Position numbers and translations under genes: made by a program | Part shown: positions 1 to 8,895 of the stretch, in pieces | Layout of the letters: each line of letters begins with the position of its first letter | Numbering within the stretch: position 1 is the first letter of the stretch | Assembly: GCA_023404805.1 (NCBI GenBank) | Contig: JAEYAL010000156.1 | Coordinates: 6,298-70,297, forward strand | Length of the DNA: 64,000 bases | Direction: 5' to 3' | Source: Actinomycetes bacterium | Lineage (GTDB): Bacteria; Actinomycetota; Thermoleophilia; Solirubrobacterales; Solirubrobacteraceae | The notes under the pieces: model-generated | Told to the model about the DNA's origin: nothing | The model's database searches: none | The model's input: the letters and a program-made list of their open reading frames with translations, nothing else

Positions 1-158
1 ATGACGAGCTCGACGCGGCCGACATCGCGATCATCGAATGGCCGTCCGGTGCGCCAGGCCTCGACGACGAAGCGACCTGGCGCGTGTCGCTCGCCCACGC
101 CGGCGCCGACCGGCGCGAGATCACGATCGAGCCGCTGCGGACCGGGGGAGACGGCTGA
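1..158 (+). CDS. tsaE: tRNA t6A-pathway ATPase TsaE, C-terminal fragment (5' end outside the window)
   Basis: Frame 3 reads DELDAADIAIIEWPSGAPGLDDEATWRVSLAHAGADRREITIEPLRTGGDG*. The stop TGA at 156-158 overlaps the tsaB ATG (TGATG). The IEWP motif and the position upstream of tsaB-rimI-tsaD fit TsaE. It is absent from the ORF track because there is no start codon in the window. Confidence 0.6.
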   Translation, partial: DELDAADIAIIEWPSGAPGLDDEATWRVSLAHAGADRREITIEPLRTGGDG

Positions 159-907
159 TGCGGCTCCTCGCGATCGACACCTCCTCAGCGTCGACGATCG
201 TAGTGGCCGCCGATGCCGACCGGATCGCTGAGCGCCGCCACGACCCAGCCGATGGCGGCAAACCCGCGCACACGTCGCTCGGTCTCGTGCTCGCGGCCGA
301 AGTGCTGGCCGACCTCGGTCTCGCCTGGACCGACCTCGAGCGCGTCGGCGTCGGCGTGGGGCCAGGCTCGTTCACCGGGCTGCGCAGCGGCCTCTCCGCC
401 GCCGCGGGAGTGGCTCGGCGGCTCGGCGTCCCGCTCGTCGGCGTCACCGCGCATGCGCTGCTCGACCACGGCGCCCGGGCCGTCCGCGGCGACCGCCAGC
501 GCGTGCTCGCGGTGGTCGATGGCCGCCGCAAGGAGCTGTTCGCGGCGCGGTACGCGCAAGCGCCGCAGGACCCGGCCGACGCGTCCGGCATCGATGTCGT
601 CGGGCGCAGCAGCGTCGCCGACCTCGGCGACCTCTCCGGCTGGCTCGCCGTAGGTGATGGCGCGCTGCTCGAAGCCGGGGCGCTGGCCGACGCCGGAGCG
701 GAGGTCCCGCCCGCGCTCGATCCGCTGCACCAGCTCGACGGCGCCTCGCTGGCGGCCCTCACCGCGATGGGCGTCTCGCGCCCAGCCGATGCGGTCCGGC
801 CTGCCTACGGCCGGCGGCCCGACGCTGTGCCGACCGCTGAGCGCGAAGCGGCCGCCGCGCGCGCCGCCGCGACTTCCGGCGCCAGCGCGGGTTCCGAGGG
901 GCGATGA
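158..907 (+). CDS. tsaB: tRNA threonylcarbamoyladenosine biosynthesis protein TsaB (YeaZ)
   Basis: The internal ATG at 158 of ORF 38..907 gives MRLLAIDTSSASTIVVAA... and GVGPGSFTGLRSG, which are typical of YeaZ/TsaB. The stop overlaps the rimI start (ATGA). Confidence 0.85.
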   Translation: MRLLAIDTSSASTIVVAADADRIAERRHDPADGGKPAHTSLGLVLAAEVLADLGLAWTDLERVGVGVGPGSFTGLRSGLSAAAGVARRLGVPLVGVTAHALLDHGARAVRGDRQRVLAVVDGRRKELFAARYAQAPQDPADASGIDVVGRSSVADLGDLSGWLAVGDGALLEAGALADAGAEVPPALDPLHQLDGASLAALTAMGVSRPADAVRPAYGRRPDAVPTAEREAAAARAAATSGASAGSEGR

Positions 908-1557
908 CGGCCCCCGCGGATCTCACGATCGACCGCCTGCGCGTCGCCGAGCTCGCCGAAGTCATGCCGGTCGAGCGGGCGAGCTACAACACGCCGTGGT
1001 CGGTGGCCATGTTCGTGTTGGAGCTGACCCGCCCGGAGACGATCGCCCTCGGCGCGCGCGTCGGTGGGCGGCTCACGGGCTACATCGTCTGCTCGCCGCA
1101 GGCTGACGAGTGGCACGTGATGAACGTGACCGTCGGCCCGACGCACCGCCGTCAGGGCATCGCCCGCGCGCTCATCGGCCGCCTGCACGAGATCCTCGAC
1201 GGCGCGACCGCCGGCCGGGCGCGCACCACGCTCGAGGTGCGCCCCAGCAACAAGGCCGCGTTCTCGCTCTACGCCTCCGAGGGCTACCTCGTCGCCGGGC
1301 GCCGGCGCGCGTATTACCCGGACGATGGGGAGGACGCGCTCATCATGTGGCGGACGCCGTCGACCAAGGCCGGGTCGTTCGACGATGTGCCGTTCCCGGA
1401 CTTGGCCGAGGCCAAGCGCTGGAACACGCCGCTGCCCGCGCCGGTCGGGTCCGACCCTGCCGTCGTCCCCGGCACGGCGAGCGGCTCTGGCGCCGAGCCC
1501 GACCTGCCCGAGACGCCGGATGCCGACGGCGATGAACGGAAGACGGCTGCCGGATGA
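904..1557 (+). CDS. rimI: ribosomal-protein-alanine N-acetyltransferase RimI with a Pro/Asp-rich C-terminal extension
   Basis: GNAT core motifs are present (VGPTHRRQGIARALI, LEVRPSNKAAFSLYASEGY, YYPDDGEDALIMWR). The gene lies between tsaB and tsaD. About 60 extra low-complexity residues follow at the C-terminus. Confidence 0.85.
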   Translation: MTAPADLTIDRLRVAELAEVMPVERASYNTPWSVAMFVLELTRPETIALGARVGGRLTGYIVCSPQADEWHVMNVTVGPTHRRQGIARALIGRLHEILDGATAGRARTTLEVRPSNKAAFSLYASEGYLVAGRRRAYYPDDGEDALIMWRTPSTKAGSFDDVPFPDLAEAKRWNTPLPAPVGSDPAVVPGTASGSGAEPDLPETPDADGDERKTAAG

Positions 1558-2558
1558 GCTTGACGCTGGCCATCGAGACCAGCTGCGACGACACCTGCGC
1601 CGCCGTCCTCGACGGCGAACAGGTGCTGAGCAACGCCATCGCTTCGCAGGGCGTGCACGACGCCTATGGCGGCGTGGTGCCGGAACTGGCGGCCCGCCAG
1701 CACGTCGAGGCGATCGGGCCCGTGCTCGCTGACGCGCTGCGCACCGCGCAGGTCGACGCCGGCGACATCGAGCGGGTCGCCGTGACCCGCGGCCCAGGGC
1801 TCGTCGGGTCGCTGCTGTGCGGCCTGCAGACGGCCAAGGCGTTCGCGGCGCCCGGCGGACTGCCGCTGATCCCGGTCGACCACATGCACGGGCACCTGCT
1901 CTCCGGGCGCCTTGCGAGCGAGCCGCCGCCGCAAGACGCGCCGCACCTCGTGCTCGTCGCCTCGGGCGGCCACACGCTGCTGGCGCGCGCCGCCGGGACG
2001 CGTCTGGACGACATCGAGATCCTCGGCCGCACGCTCGACGACGCCGCGGGGGAAGCCGTCGACAAGGGCGCCAGGATGCTCGGCCTCGGGTACCCAGGTG
2101 GGCCAGCCCTCGAGCGGCTCGCGGCGACCGGCGATCCGGCCGCGTTCGCCCTGCCGCGCAGCGAAAAGGTGCCCGGGCTGGACTTCTCGTTCTCCGGGCT
2201 CAAGACCGCGCTCCTCTATCTCGTGCGGGACCTGTCGGAAGCCGAGCTCGACGCGCGCCGCGCCGACCTCGCGGCGTCGTACCAGGCAGCCGTCGTCGAG
2301 ACGCTCGTGCTGCGGATCCGGCGGGCGCTGGCGTCGACGGGCATCGACCACGTCGCCATCGGCGGCGGCGTCGCAGCCAGCGGCGCGCTGCGGGCCGCGC
2401 TGGGGGAACTGGGCTGCGGCCTCTCGATCCCGGACCGCGAGTACTGCACCGACAACGCCGCGATGATCGGTGTCGCCGCACAGGCGACCGACGCCGTCGC
2501 CTACCCAGACCATCTCTCGCTCGACGCCTACGGCACCGGGCAGGGGCCGGTCCGCTGA
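1554..2558 (+). CDS. tsaD: tRNA N6-adenosine threonylcarbamoyltransferase TsaD (Kae1/Gcp)
   Basis: LAIETSCDDTCAAVL, VDHMHGHL and VASGGHT motifs are present. The start overlaps the rimI stop (ATGA). Confidence 0.95.
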   Translation: MSLTLAIETSCDDTCAAVLDGEQVLSNAIASQGVHDAYGGVVPELAARQHVEAIGPVLADALRTAQVDAGDIERVAVTRGPGLVGSLLCGLQTAKAFAAPGGLPLIPVDHMHGHLLSGRLASEPPPQDAPHLVLVASGGHTLLARAAGTRLDDIEILGRTLDDAAGEAVDKGARMLGLGYPGGPALERLAATGDPAAFALPRSEKVPGLDFSFSGLKTALLYLVRDLSEAELDARRADLAASYQAAVVETLVLRIRRALASTGIDHVAIGGGVAASGALRAALGELGCGLSIPDREYCTDNAAMIGVAAQATDAVAYPDHLSLDAYGTGQGPVR

Positions 2559-2595
2559 ACGAGATGCGACTCCCTGCTCTGGAGGCAGGCGCTCG

Positions 2596-2853
2596 ATGAG
2601 CAGCGCCCGCATCACCGTCTACTCGCGGCCCGGCTGCCACCTCTGCGAGGAGGCGGTCGCCGAGCTGCAGCCGCTGGCCGCGGCAGCCCAAACCGGCATC
2701 GCCGAGGTCGACATCGACCAGGACGACGCGCTGCTGCTGGCCCACCTGGAACGCATCCCGGTGGTGCTGGTGGACGGGTGCGAGATCTGCACGCTCTTCG
2801 TCGAGGCAGAGGCGGTCCGGACGGCGCTCGCATCGGAGCCTGCCGGCCGATGA
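2596..2853 (+). CDS. glutaredoxin-like small thioredoxin-fold protein
   Basis: The internal ATG at 2596 gives MSSARITVYSRPGCHLCEEA...IPVVLVDG, an 85-aa protein with a CxxC motif. The part of the ORF upstream of this ATG is Arg/Pro-rich shadow. Confidence 0.75.
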   Translation: MSSARITVYSRPGCHLCEEAVAELQPLAAAAQTGIAEVDIDQDDALLLAHLERIPVVLVDGCEICTLFVEAEAVRTALASEPAGR

Positions 2854-3566
2854 CTGACCCTGTCCCCGGTCCGGGGGGTTCGTCGCCTAGACTCGCCGCT
2901 GTGCGCGAAACGCCGACGCAGCCCCCACGTCAGGACGGAGGCCCCTCCGATCGCCGCCTCTCGATCGGGGTCGCCGCGCGGCTCTCGCGCTACCTGCAGG
3001 TCCTCACGCAGGCCCGCAAGCTCGACCGCGAGACCATCTCCTCGCAGGAGCTGTCCGACTACACGCACGTGAACGCGACGCAGATCCGCCGCGACCTCTC
3101 GGGGTTCGGCCGGTTCGGCAAGCGCGGCGTCGGTTATTCCGTCGACGGCCTGATCGACCAGATCCAGGCGATCCTGCGCACGAGCGAGCAGATCAACATC
3201 ATGCTCGTGGGCGCCGGCCGCCTCGGCCGCGCGATCGGCTCCTCGGACCTCTTCGCCGACCACGGCTTCCAGATCCGGGCGGTCATCGACGCCGATCCCG
3301 AGAAGGCCGGCACCGAGCTGGCCGGGGTGCCGATCCGCCCGATGGACCAGCTCGCTGCGGCGATCGTCAGCGAGCAGATCGTGGTCGCGGTGCTCGCCGT
3401 GCCGAGCGAAGCGGCGCAGGAGATCGCCGACCAGCTCGTCGAAGCCGGCCTGAAGATCATCTTCAACTACTCCGGCGGCCTCGTCGATGTGCCTGCCGGC
3501 GTGATCGTCCACACCTCGTCGCCGGCCGTCGAGCTGCTGCACGCGCTCTACTTCTACCTCGCGTGA
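2850..3566 (+). CDS. rex: redox-sensing transcriptional repressor Rex
   Basis: RLSRYLQVL...ISSQELSDYTHVNATQIRRDLSGFGRFGKRGVGY forms the winged helix. MLVGAGRLGRA is the Rossmann motif. The ATG at 2850 overlaps the upstream stop (ATGA). An alternative GTG start lies at 2901. Confidence 0.9.
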   Translation: MTDPVPGPGGSSPRLAAVRETPTQPPRQDGGPSDRRLSIGVAARLSRYLQVLTQARKLDRETISSQELSDYTHVNATQIRRDLSGFGRFGKRGVGYSVDGLIDQIQAILRTSEQINIMLVGAGRLGRAIGSSDLFADHGFQIRAVIDADPEKAGTELAGVPIRPMDQLAAAIVSEQIVVAVLAVPSEAAQEIADQLVEAGLKIIFNYSGGLVDVPAGVIVHTSSPAVELLHALYFYLA

Positions 3567-4744
3567 GCGCCGAACCGACCGACAAACCCCGCGTTGGCGC
3601 GACGCTCGACATGGAGGTCGCCGAGGCGACCTTCGCCTCCAGCGTCGACCTCACCGTGGGGCTCGAAGAGGAGTTCGCGCTCCTCGACCCGCAGACGCTC
3701 GACCTCGTGCCGCGCTTTGAGCCGCTCGTCGAGGCGGCGGAGGCCGAAGATCCTGCGCTGCGCGCGCAGATCACCGGCGAGCTCATCTGCTCGGAGCTCG
3801 AGATCATCTCCGGCCGCGGCGCCGACCTCGCCGACGCGATCGCCCAGCAGACGAGCCACCGCGCGCGGCTCGTGGCCCATGCCAAGCGCCACGACACCAA
3901 GCTCGCGTCGATCGGCACCCATCCCTGGGCCGACTACCGCGAGCAGCAGAACATCGACACCGAGCACTACCGCCGGGTCGTCGACGGCCTCGGCTACGTC
4001 GCGCGGCGCAACAACACCTTCTCGCTGCACGTGCACGTCGGCGTCAACGGCACCGACCGCGCCGTCGCGGCCTGCGACCGCCTGCGCCCGGTCCTGCCGC
4101 TGCTGCTCGCGCTGTCGGCAAGCTCGCCGCTCCTGGAGGGCCAGGACACGAACCTGCACTCGGCGCGCACCCTCACCTTCACGCGCACCTTCCCGCGCTG
4201 CGGCGTGCCGGACGCCTACGGCAGCTGGGCGAACTACAAGGACTATCTGCTCACGCTCCAGCGGCTCGGTTCGATCGTCGAGGCCACGCAGGTCTGGTGG
4301 TCGATCCGCCCGCACCTGCGCAACGGCACCGTCGAGGTCCGGATCTGCGACGCCCAGCCCGATGCGGGCCGCGGCAACGCGCTGGCGGCGCTGATCGTCG
4401 CGTGCGTCGCCCAGGCCGTCGCCGACCACGACGAGGGCGTGCCCTTCGTCGATCCCGCGCCGCGGATGGTCGAGGAGAACCTCTGGCGGGCGATCCGCCA
4501 CGGCCTCGACGGCGAGATGATCGACCTGGACCGGCTCGAGACGTACCCGTCCGCGTCGATCGAGGACCGCCTGATGGAGTGGACCGCTCCGGCTCGCGCG
4601 GCGCATGGCCTCCACGTGCCGGCGCTCGGCGCGACGTCGTCGCAGTGGCAGAAGGCGCTCTTGACCGACGGCGCCACCCACCGCGACGTCTACGCTGGAC
4701 TGGTCGAGCAGACCATGCGCACGTACCGCCAGGGCGCCGCCTAG
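3563..4744 (+). CDS. carboxylate-amine ligase, YbdK / glutamate-cysteine ligase family 2
   Basis: VGLEEEFALLD, FSLHVHVG and WWSIRPH...GTVEVRICDAQ are typical GCS2 motifs. Confidence 0.85.
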   Translation: MSAEPTDKPRVGATLDMEVAEATFASSVDLTVGLEEEFALLDPQTLDLVPRFEPLVEAAEAEDPALRAQITGELICSELEIISGRGADLADAIAQQTSHRARLVAHAKRHDTKLASIGTHPWADYREQQNIDTEHYRRVVDGLGYVARRNNTFSLHVHVGVNGTDRAVAACDRLRPVLPLLLALSASSPLLEGQDTNLHSARTLTFTRTFPRCGVPDAYGSWANYKDYLLTLQRLGSIVEATQVWWSIRPHLRNGTVEVRICDAQPDAGRGNALAALIVACVAQAVADHDEGVPFVDPAPRMVEENLWRAIRHGLDGEMIDLDRLETYPSASIEDRLMEWTAPARAAHGLHVPALGATSSQWQKALLTDGATHRDVYAGLVEQTMRTYRQGAA

Positions 4745-4870
4745 GTCTCCGCCGGAGATCTTTCGCGCACCGAACAGCCCTGACGCGACGTCGCAGCACC
4801 TGCCGCGACAGCCGCTCTCGCTCACGCCGAGCCGCGCATCCGGACTGCACCGCTCAACCAAGGAGACACC

Positions 4871-5266
4871 ATGGATCCGAACCAGCAACCCACCGAAGAG
4901 GAGCTCCGCGCCGCACTGGAGGCCGAGCTCTCGCAGGTCCACGTCGGCGACGTGATCGCGCAGACGATCATCTCGCTGATCAACCTCGGCGCCCGCCGCG
5001 GCGGCCTCGTCGAGGTACCGGAGGAGGAGAAGGACCTCGGCCAGCTCGCGCTCGCGATCGAGTCGATCCGCCGCCTCCTGCCGCTGATCGAGGAGCCGCT
5101 CGGCGAGAGCGCCGGCCAGATCAAGGACGCGCTGTCGCAGCTGCAGGTCGCGTTCGCGCAGCAGGCCCCGACCGGCGTGCCGATCGCAGGCGCGGGCGAC
5201 GACGCCGCGGCAGCGCCGAAGCAGCCCGAGCGCCCGAACAGCGGCCTCTGGGTCCCCGGCCAGTAG
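4871..5266 (+). CDS. DUF1844 domain protein
   Basis: The 131-aa acidic protein contains VGDVIAQTIISLINLGARRGGL and LGQLALAIESIRRLLPLIE, matching my recollection of DUF1844. Confidence 0.6.
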   Translation: MDPNQQPTEEELRAALEAELSQVHVGDVIAQTIISLINLGARRGGLVEVPEEEKDLGQLALAIESIRRLLPLIEEPLGESAGQIKDALSQLQVAFAQQAPTGVPIAGAGDDAAAAPKQPERPNSGLWVPGQ

Positions 5267-5332
5267 GGCGACGCCCGTGCGGCGCGCGCTGGCGCGCCGC
5301 AACTCCTGTCGAGGGCCGGTGTTCAGCTCGAC

Positions 5333-6631
5333 ATGGCTTCCTCTCTCGTTCGAGCCCGCGGCGCGATGCTGATCGGTGCCGTGGCTTCGATCGCCGCCAG
5401 CGCGCCCGCCGATGCACGCCTGGTCTGGACCTCCGACGCTCGATGCGACGAAGTCGTGGGCGTGACGCTTGCGTTGAACGAACGCTGGCGCATCGTCAAG
5501 CCAGTTCCACGGGCGGGGCACGAGCGGGGTGTCGTGCTGTCGTGCGACCGGACGCGCCATGGCGCTGCAGTTGTACGCCGTCTTGCATTCAGCGCCGGGT
5601 ACGGCACCTACGGAGGGGACGTCGTCGGAGTACGCGCGCTCGTCGGCGATCGAGCTCTGCTCTCCACGGAGAACTCGGCGTCAGGCGGCACGAGCGACCA
5701 GCTCGACCTCATCGACCTTCGGCGCGGAGGTTCCGCACCGCTCGGCAGCTGGATCTGGGACAACACTCCTTCGTATAGCCCGCTCTTCGCGGCGTTCGCC
5801 GCCAATGGATCGCTGGCGACCGCACAGTGGACCGGGTCGTCGTATCCGGGAACGGGCGGACTCATTCGAGTGTTGGACGGACACGACGGTGCCGGGCCTC
5901 TTCAAACCCCGGTCTGTGATCTCGTTCCCGCACAGGCAGGCGCGTACTACCGGGCGCTGGATGGTCGACCGGGCAAGCTCGAGATCCGGGAGCCGGTCCC
6001 AGCGTCAGCGCTCGTGGCGGATCGTTCGCTTCGTGCCACGCGCCGAGCGTTGCCGAGGCGACCGCGCACCAGTCAGACAACCCGGACGCCGCTCCCTAGC
6101 TCAACGACGTGGGATCTCGGTTTCGAGATCGTGCGTACGACGCGCGGAGAGAGCCGAGGAACGGCGAGAGTGTCGATCACGACTCGTCACGGATCCCGCG
6201 AGATCGCGAGCGTGCAACTTGCGCCTGACAGCTGGTCCGAACTGCGCGTACTTGCCCGCGGGCCGCATTCGCTCGCTGTGGCGGCCCGATTCGCAGACGC
6301 GCCGGGCGAGCGTCGTATCCGACTGCTCGGTGAGAGGCACGCGGACTCGCCCCAGTTCGACATTCCGAGCCGCCCGACGGCAGAGCTTCCTGGAAACGCG
6401 GTCTTTCTCTCGCGCGCGACCGACGAGTTCGCATTGGCGGACGGCGATCAGCTCCGGGTCTGGGGCGCGCGTTCCTGGACGCGGACGATTCCGGGCGTCG
6501 GCGACCTCGCGGCTTCGCGTGCCGATCGGCGCGAGCCGGGTGTCTTCTACACCGATGGCGCCGGGCAAGCACGGTATCTCGCGCTGAGCGAACTGGCTGA
6601 CGCTGACATCGCGCCGCAACCTGCCACCTGA
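5333..6631 (+). CDS. hypothetical secreted protein (ORFan, atypical codon usage)
   Basis: The 432-aa ORF has an N-terminal hydrophobic segment (MLIGAVASIAASAPADA) and a balanced amino-acid composition. I recognise no motif. Confidence 0.55.
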   Translation: MASSLVRARGAMLIGAVASIAASAPADARLVWTSDARCDEVVGVTLALNERWRIVKPVPRAGHERGVVLSCDRTRHGAAVVRRLAFSAGYGTYGGDVVGVRALVGDRALLSTENSASGGTSDQLDLIDLRRGGSAPLGSWIWDNTPSYSPLFAAFAANGSLATAQWTGSSYPGTGGLIRVLDGHDGAGPLQTPVCDLVPAQAGAYYRALDGRPGKLEIREPVPASALVADRSLRATRRALPRRPRTSQTTRTPLPSSTTWDLGFEIVRTTRGESRGTARVSITTRHGSREIASVQLAPDSWSELRVLARGPHSLAVAARFADAPGERRIRLLGERHADSPQFDIPSRPTAELPGNAVFLSRATDEFALADGDQLRVWGARSWTRTIPGVGDLAASRADRREPGVFYTDGAGQARYLALSELADADIAPQPAT

Positions 6632-6700
6632 CCGGAATCTGAACAGCGCCGCCAGGCGCACAGTGCGTGACTGCCGGCGGCGCTACGATCGCGAGCGCCG

Positions 6701-8641
6701 ATGGCCGAACGCCGCCTTCACTCCCTCCAGCGCGTGCTGGGGGTCAACGAGCTCTTTGCCACGGCCTATGGCAACGTCGGCTCGTCGATCTACTACGCCC
6801 TCGGCCTCGTCGCCAGCTACGCGCTGGGGCTCACGCCGATCGTCTTCCTGATCACCGGCGCGTTCTTCTTCGCGACGGCGGCGACGTACGCCGAAGCGAC
6901 GTCGATGTACCCGGAGGCTGGCGGCTCGTCGAGCTTCGCGCGGCACGCCTTCAACGAGTACGCGTCGTTCGTGGCGGCGTGGGGCCAGATGCTCACGTAC
7001 GTCATCACGGTCTCCACGTCGGCGTACTTCGTCCCGCACTACCTGGGCGTGCTGTGGGAGCCGCTCAAGGGCAGCCCGTGGGACATCATCGGCGGCGTCA
7101 TCACGGTCCTGCTGCTGATGCTGCTCAACGTCGTCGGCACGAAGGAGTCGGCGAAGCTCAACGTGTCGCTCGCGGTGGTCGACTTCGTCACGCAGGTCGT
7201 GATCGTGATCGCCGGCATCGTGCTGGTGCTCGACCCAGACGTGCTCGCGAGCAACGTGCAGTGGGGCGTCGCGCCGACCTGGAGCCAGTTCCTGCTCGCG
7301 ATCCCGATCGGCATGATCGCCTACACCGGCATCGAGACGATCTCGAACATGGCCGAGGAGGCCAAGGACGAGACGAAGTCGATCCCGGCAGCGATCAAAC
7401 GCGTCGAGATCGCGGTGTTCGCCATCTACTTCACGCTGCCTGCGGTCGCGCTCTCGGCACTGCCAGTGCTCCAGGACGACAACGGCGACTTCGTCACCAA
7501 GCTCGGCCTGCCCGAGGAGCAAGGCGGCTTCCAGGGCGACCCGATCCTCGGTGTCGTCGAGCAGATCGACGTCGGCTTCCTCAACGAGCCGCTGCAGCTC
7601 TACGTCGGCCTGCTCGGCGCGACGATCCTGTTCCTCGCGGCGAACGCGGGCCTGATCGGCCTGTCTCGGCTCGTCTACTCGATGGGCACGCACCGCCAGA
7701 TGCCCAAACGCCTGATCGCGCTGCACCCGCGCTTCGGCACGCCGTGGATGGGGATCTTGATCTTCGGCGGCATCGCGATCATCCCGATCCTCCCGGGCCA
7801 GGCGACGTTCCTGGGCAACCTCTACGCGTTCGGCGCGATGCTGTCGTTCACGATCGCGCACGCGGCGCTGCTGCGCCTGCGCTGGATCAAACGCGATGCC
7901 GTGCGGCCCTACAGCTCGCCGTTCAACATCAGGATCGGCAGCTACGAGCTGCCGCTCCTCGCGGTGATCGGCTTCTTCGGGACGGGCGCCGCGTTCGTCG
8001 TGGTGGCGGCGCGCAACCTCGGCGGGATCTCGTACGCGGGCTTCGCGTGGATCCTGGTGGGGGCCATCGCCTACCCGATCGCCCGCCGCCGGATGGGCCT
8101 GGACCTCGCGACGACCGTCAAGGTCGACATCCCCAAGCCGGTCATCGCTGCGGAGACCGAGTACGAGTCGGTGATCGTCTGGTTCGACGCGGCCCAGTTC
8201 AACGAGGACACCCTCGCCACGGCGGCCCGGCTCGCCGCGCGCCGGGGCCGCGCGATCCAGGTGCTGGTGACCATGCAGGTCCCGAACTCCTCGCCGCTCG
8301 ACGCCGACCACCCCGAGCTGCGTGCCAAGGCCCGCGCGATCGTCGACCAGGCCAAGCTCCTCACCCGCGGGCGCGCGCACGGCGTGATCCTGCCGGTGCG
8401 CTCGGGCCAAGAGGGGCGCGTGATCGTCGACCACGCCAAGAACACCCGCGCCCGCGCGGTGATCCTGTCGGTGCCGCGCGGCGGCGCGACCCGCTCGGGC
8501 TTCGGCCGCGCGCTCGAGACGGTGCTGGCGGAGCGTCCGTGCCGGATCATCGTCGACACGCCCGCACCTGAGGCCCGGACGACCGCGCCGGAACCCGAGA
8601 TGGTGCATGCGGCGCCGCACCGAGGGGACACCGCGTCGTGA
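6701..8641 (+). CDS. APC-family amino acid/polyamine permease fused to a C-terminal universal stress protein (USP) domain
   Basis: About 12 hydrophobic helices are present, along with LFATAYGNVGSSIYYALG and EAGGSSSFARHAF (APC signature region). The C-terminal ~150 aa is USP-like (VIVWFD...RVIVDHAKNTRARAVILSVPRG). Confidence 0.85.
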   Translation: MAERRLHSLQRVLGVNELFATAYGNVGSSIYYALGLVASYALGLTPIVFLITGAFFFATAATYAEATSMYPEAGGSSSFARHAFNEYASFVAAWGQMLTYVITVSTSAYFVPHYLGVLWEPLKGSPWDIIGGVITVLLLMLLNVVGTKESAKLNVSLAVVDFVTQVVIVIAGIVLVLDPDVLASNVQWGVAPTWSQFLLAIPIGMIAYTGIETISNMAEEAKDETKSIPAAIKRVEIAVFAIYFTLPAVALSALPVLQDDNGDFVTKLGLPEEQGGFQGDPILGVVEQIDVGFLNEPLQLYVGLLGATILFLAANAGLIGLSRLVYSMGTHRQMPKRLIALHPRFGTPWMGILIFGGIAIIPILPGQATFLGNLYAFGAMLSFTIAHAALLRLRWIKRDAVRPYSSPFNIRIGSYELPLLAVIGFFGTGAAFVVVAARNLGGISYAGFAWILVGAIAYPIARRRMGLDLATTVKVDIPKPVIAAETEYESVIVWFDAAQFNEDTLATAARLAARRGRAIQVLVTMQVPNSSPLDADHPELRAKARAIVDQAKLLTRGRAHGVILPVRSGQEGRVIVDHAKNTRARAVILSVPRGGATRSGFGRALETVLAERPCRIIVDTPAPEARTTAPEPEMVHAAPHRGDTAS

Positions 8642-8895
8642 CCGAGCTGCACAAGACGGGCGAGCCCGCCGCCGGCGCTGGCACCGATGCCGCGGGCCAG
8701 TCCGGCGACGGGCCGCGGTTCGGCGTCGTCCACGTGCTCGCGGGCACGACCGCGGCGATCGGCCTGCTGATGATCGTCCTGGCGCTGGCCGGCGGCGGCG
8801 GAGCCGGCTCCTACGGCGTGCTCGTCGGCTCGCTGTTCCTCGCGGCTGGCCTCATGCGCCTGCGGCTGATCAGCGTGAGGCGGCGCCAGCGGTGA
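8638..8895 (+). CDS. small two-helix membrane protein
   Basis: The 85-aa ORF has a GTG start overlapping the upstream stop (GTGA) and a stop overlapping the next start (GTGA). It has two hydrophobic segments and an RRRQR tail. Confidence 0.5.
   Translation: MTELHKTGEPAAGAGTDAAGQSGDGPRFGVVHVLAGTTAAIGLLMIVLALAGGGGAGSYGVLVGSLFLAAGLMRLRLISVRRRQR

Noticed and set aside
1-231. 76-aa ORF in frame 1 at the left edge.
   Set aside because: Its Ser/Arg/Pro-rich translation overlaps tsaB. Frame 3 of the same DNA gives a TsaE-like C-terminus that ends exactly at the tsaB start.
3554-5560. Very long antisense or off-frame ORFs throughout the track. Examples are 3554..5560(-), 6683..8620(-), 8811..10769(-), 11685..12977(-), 12883..14229(-), 17340..18551(+), 18281..19918(+), 29688..31751(+), 36156..37649(-), 38051..39619(-), 42902..44695(+) and 46161..47411(+).
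   Set aside because: They lie opposite to, or out of frame with, genes that carry clear family motifs. Their translations are dominated by Arg/Ala/Pro/Gly/Asp runs. This is the expected shadow-ORF artefact of DNA with very high GC3.
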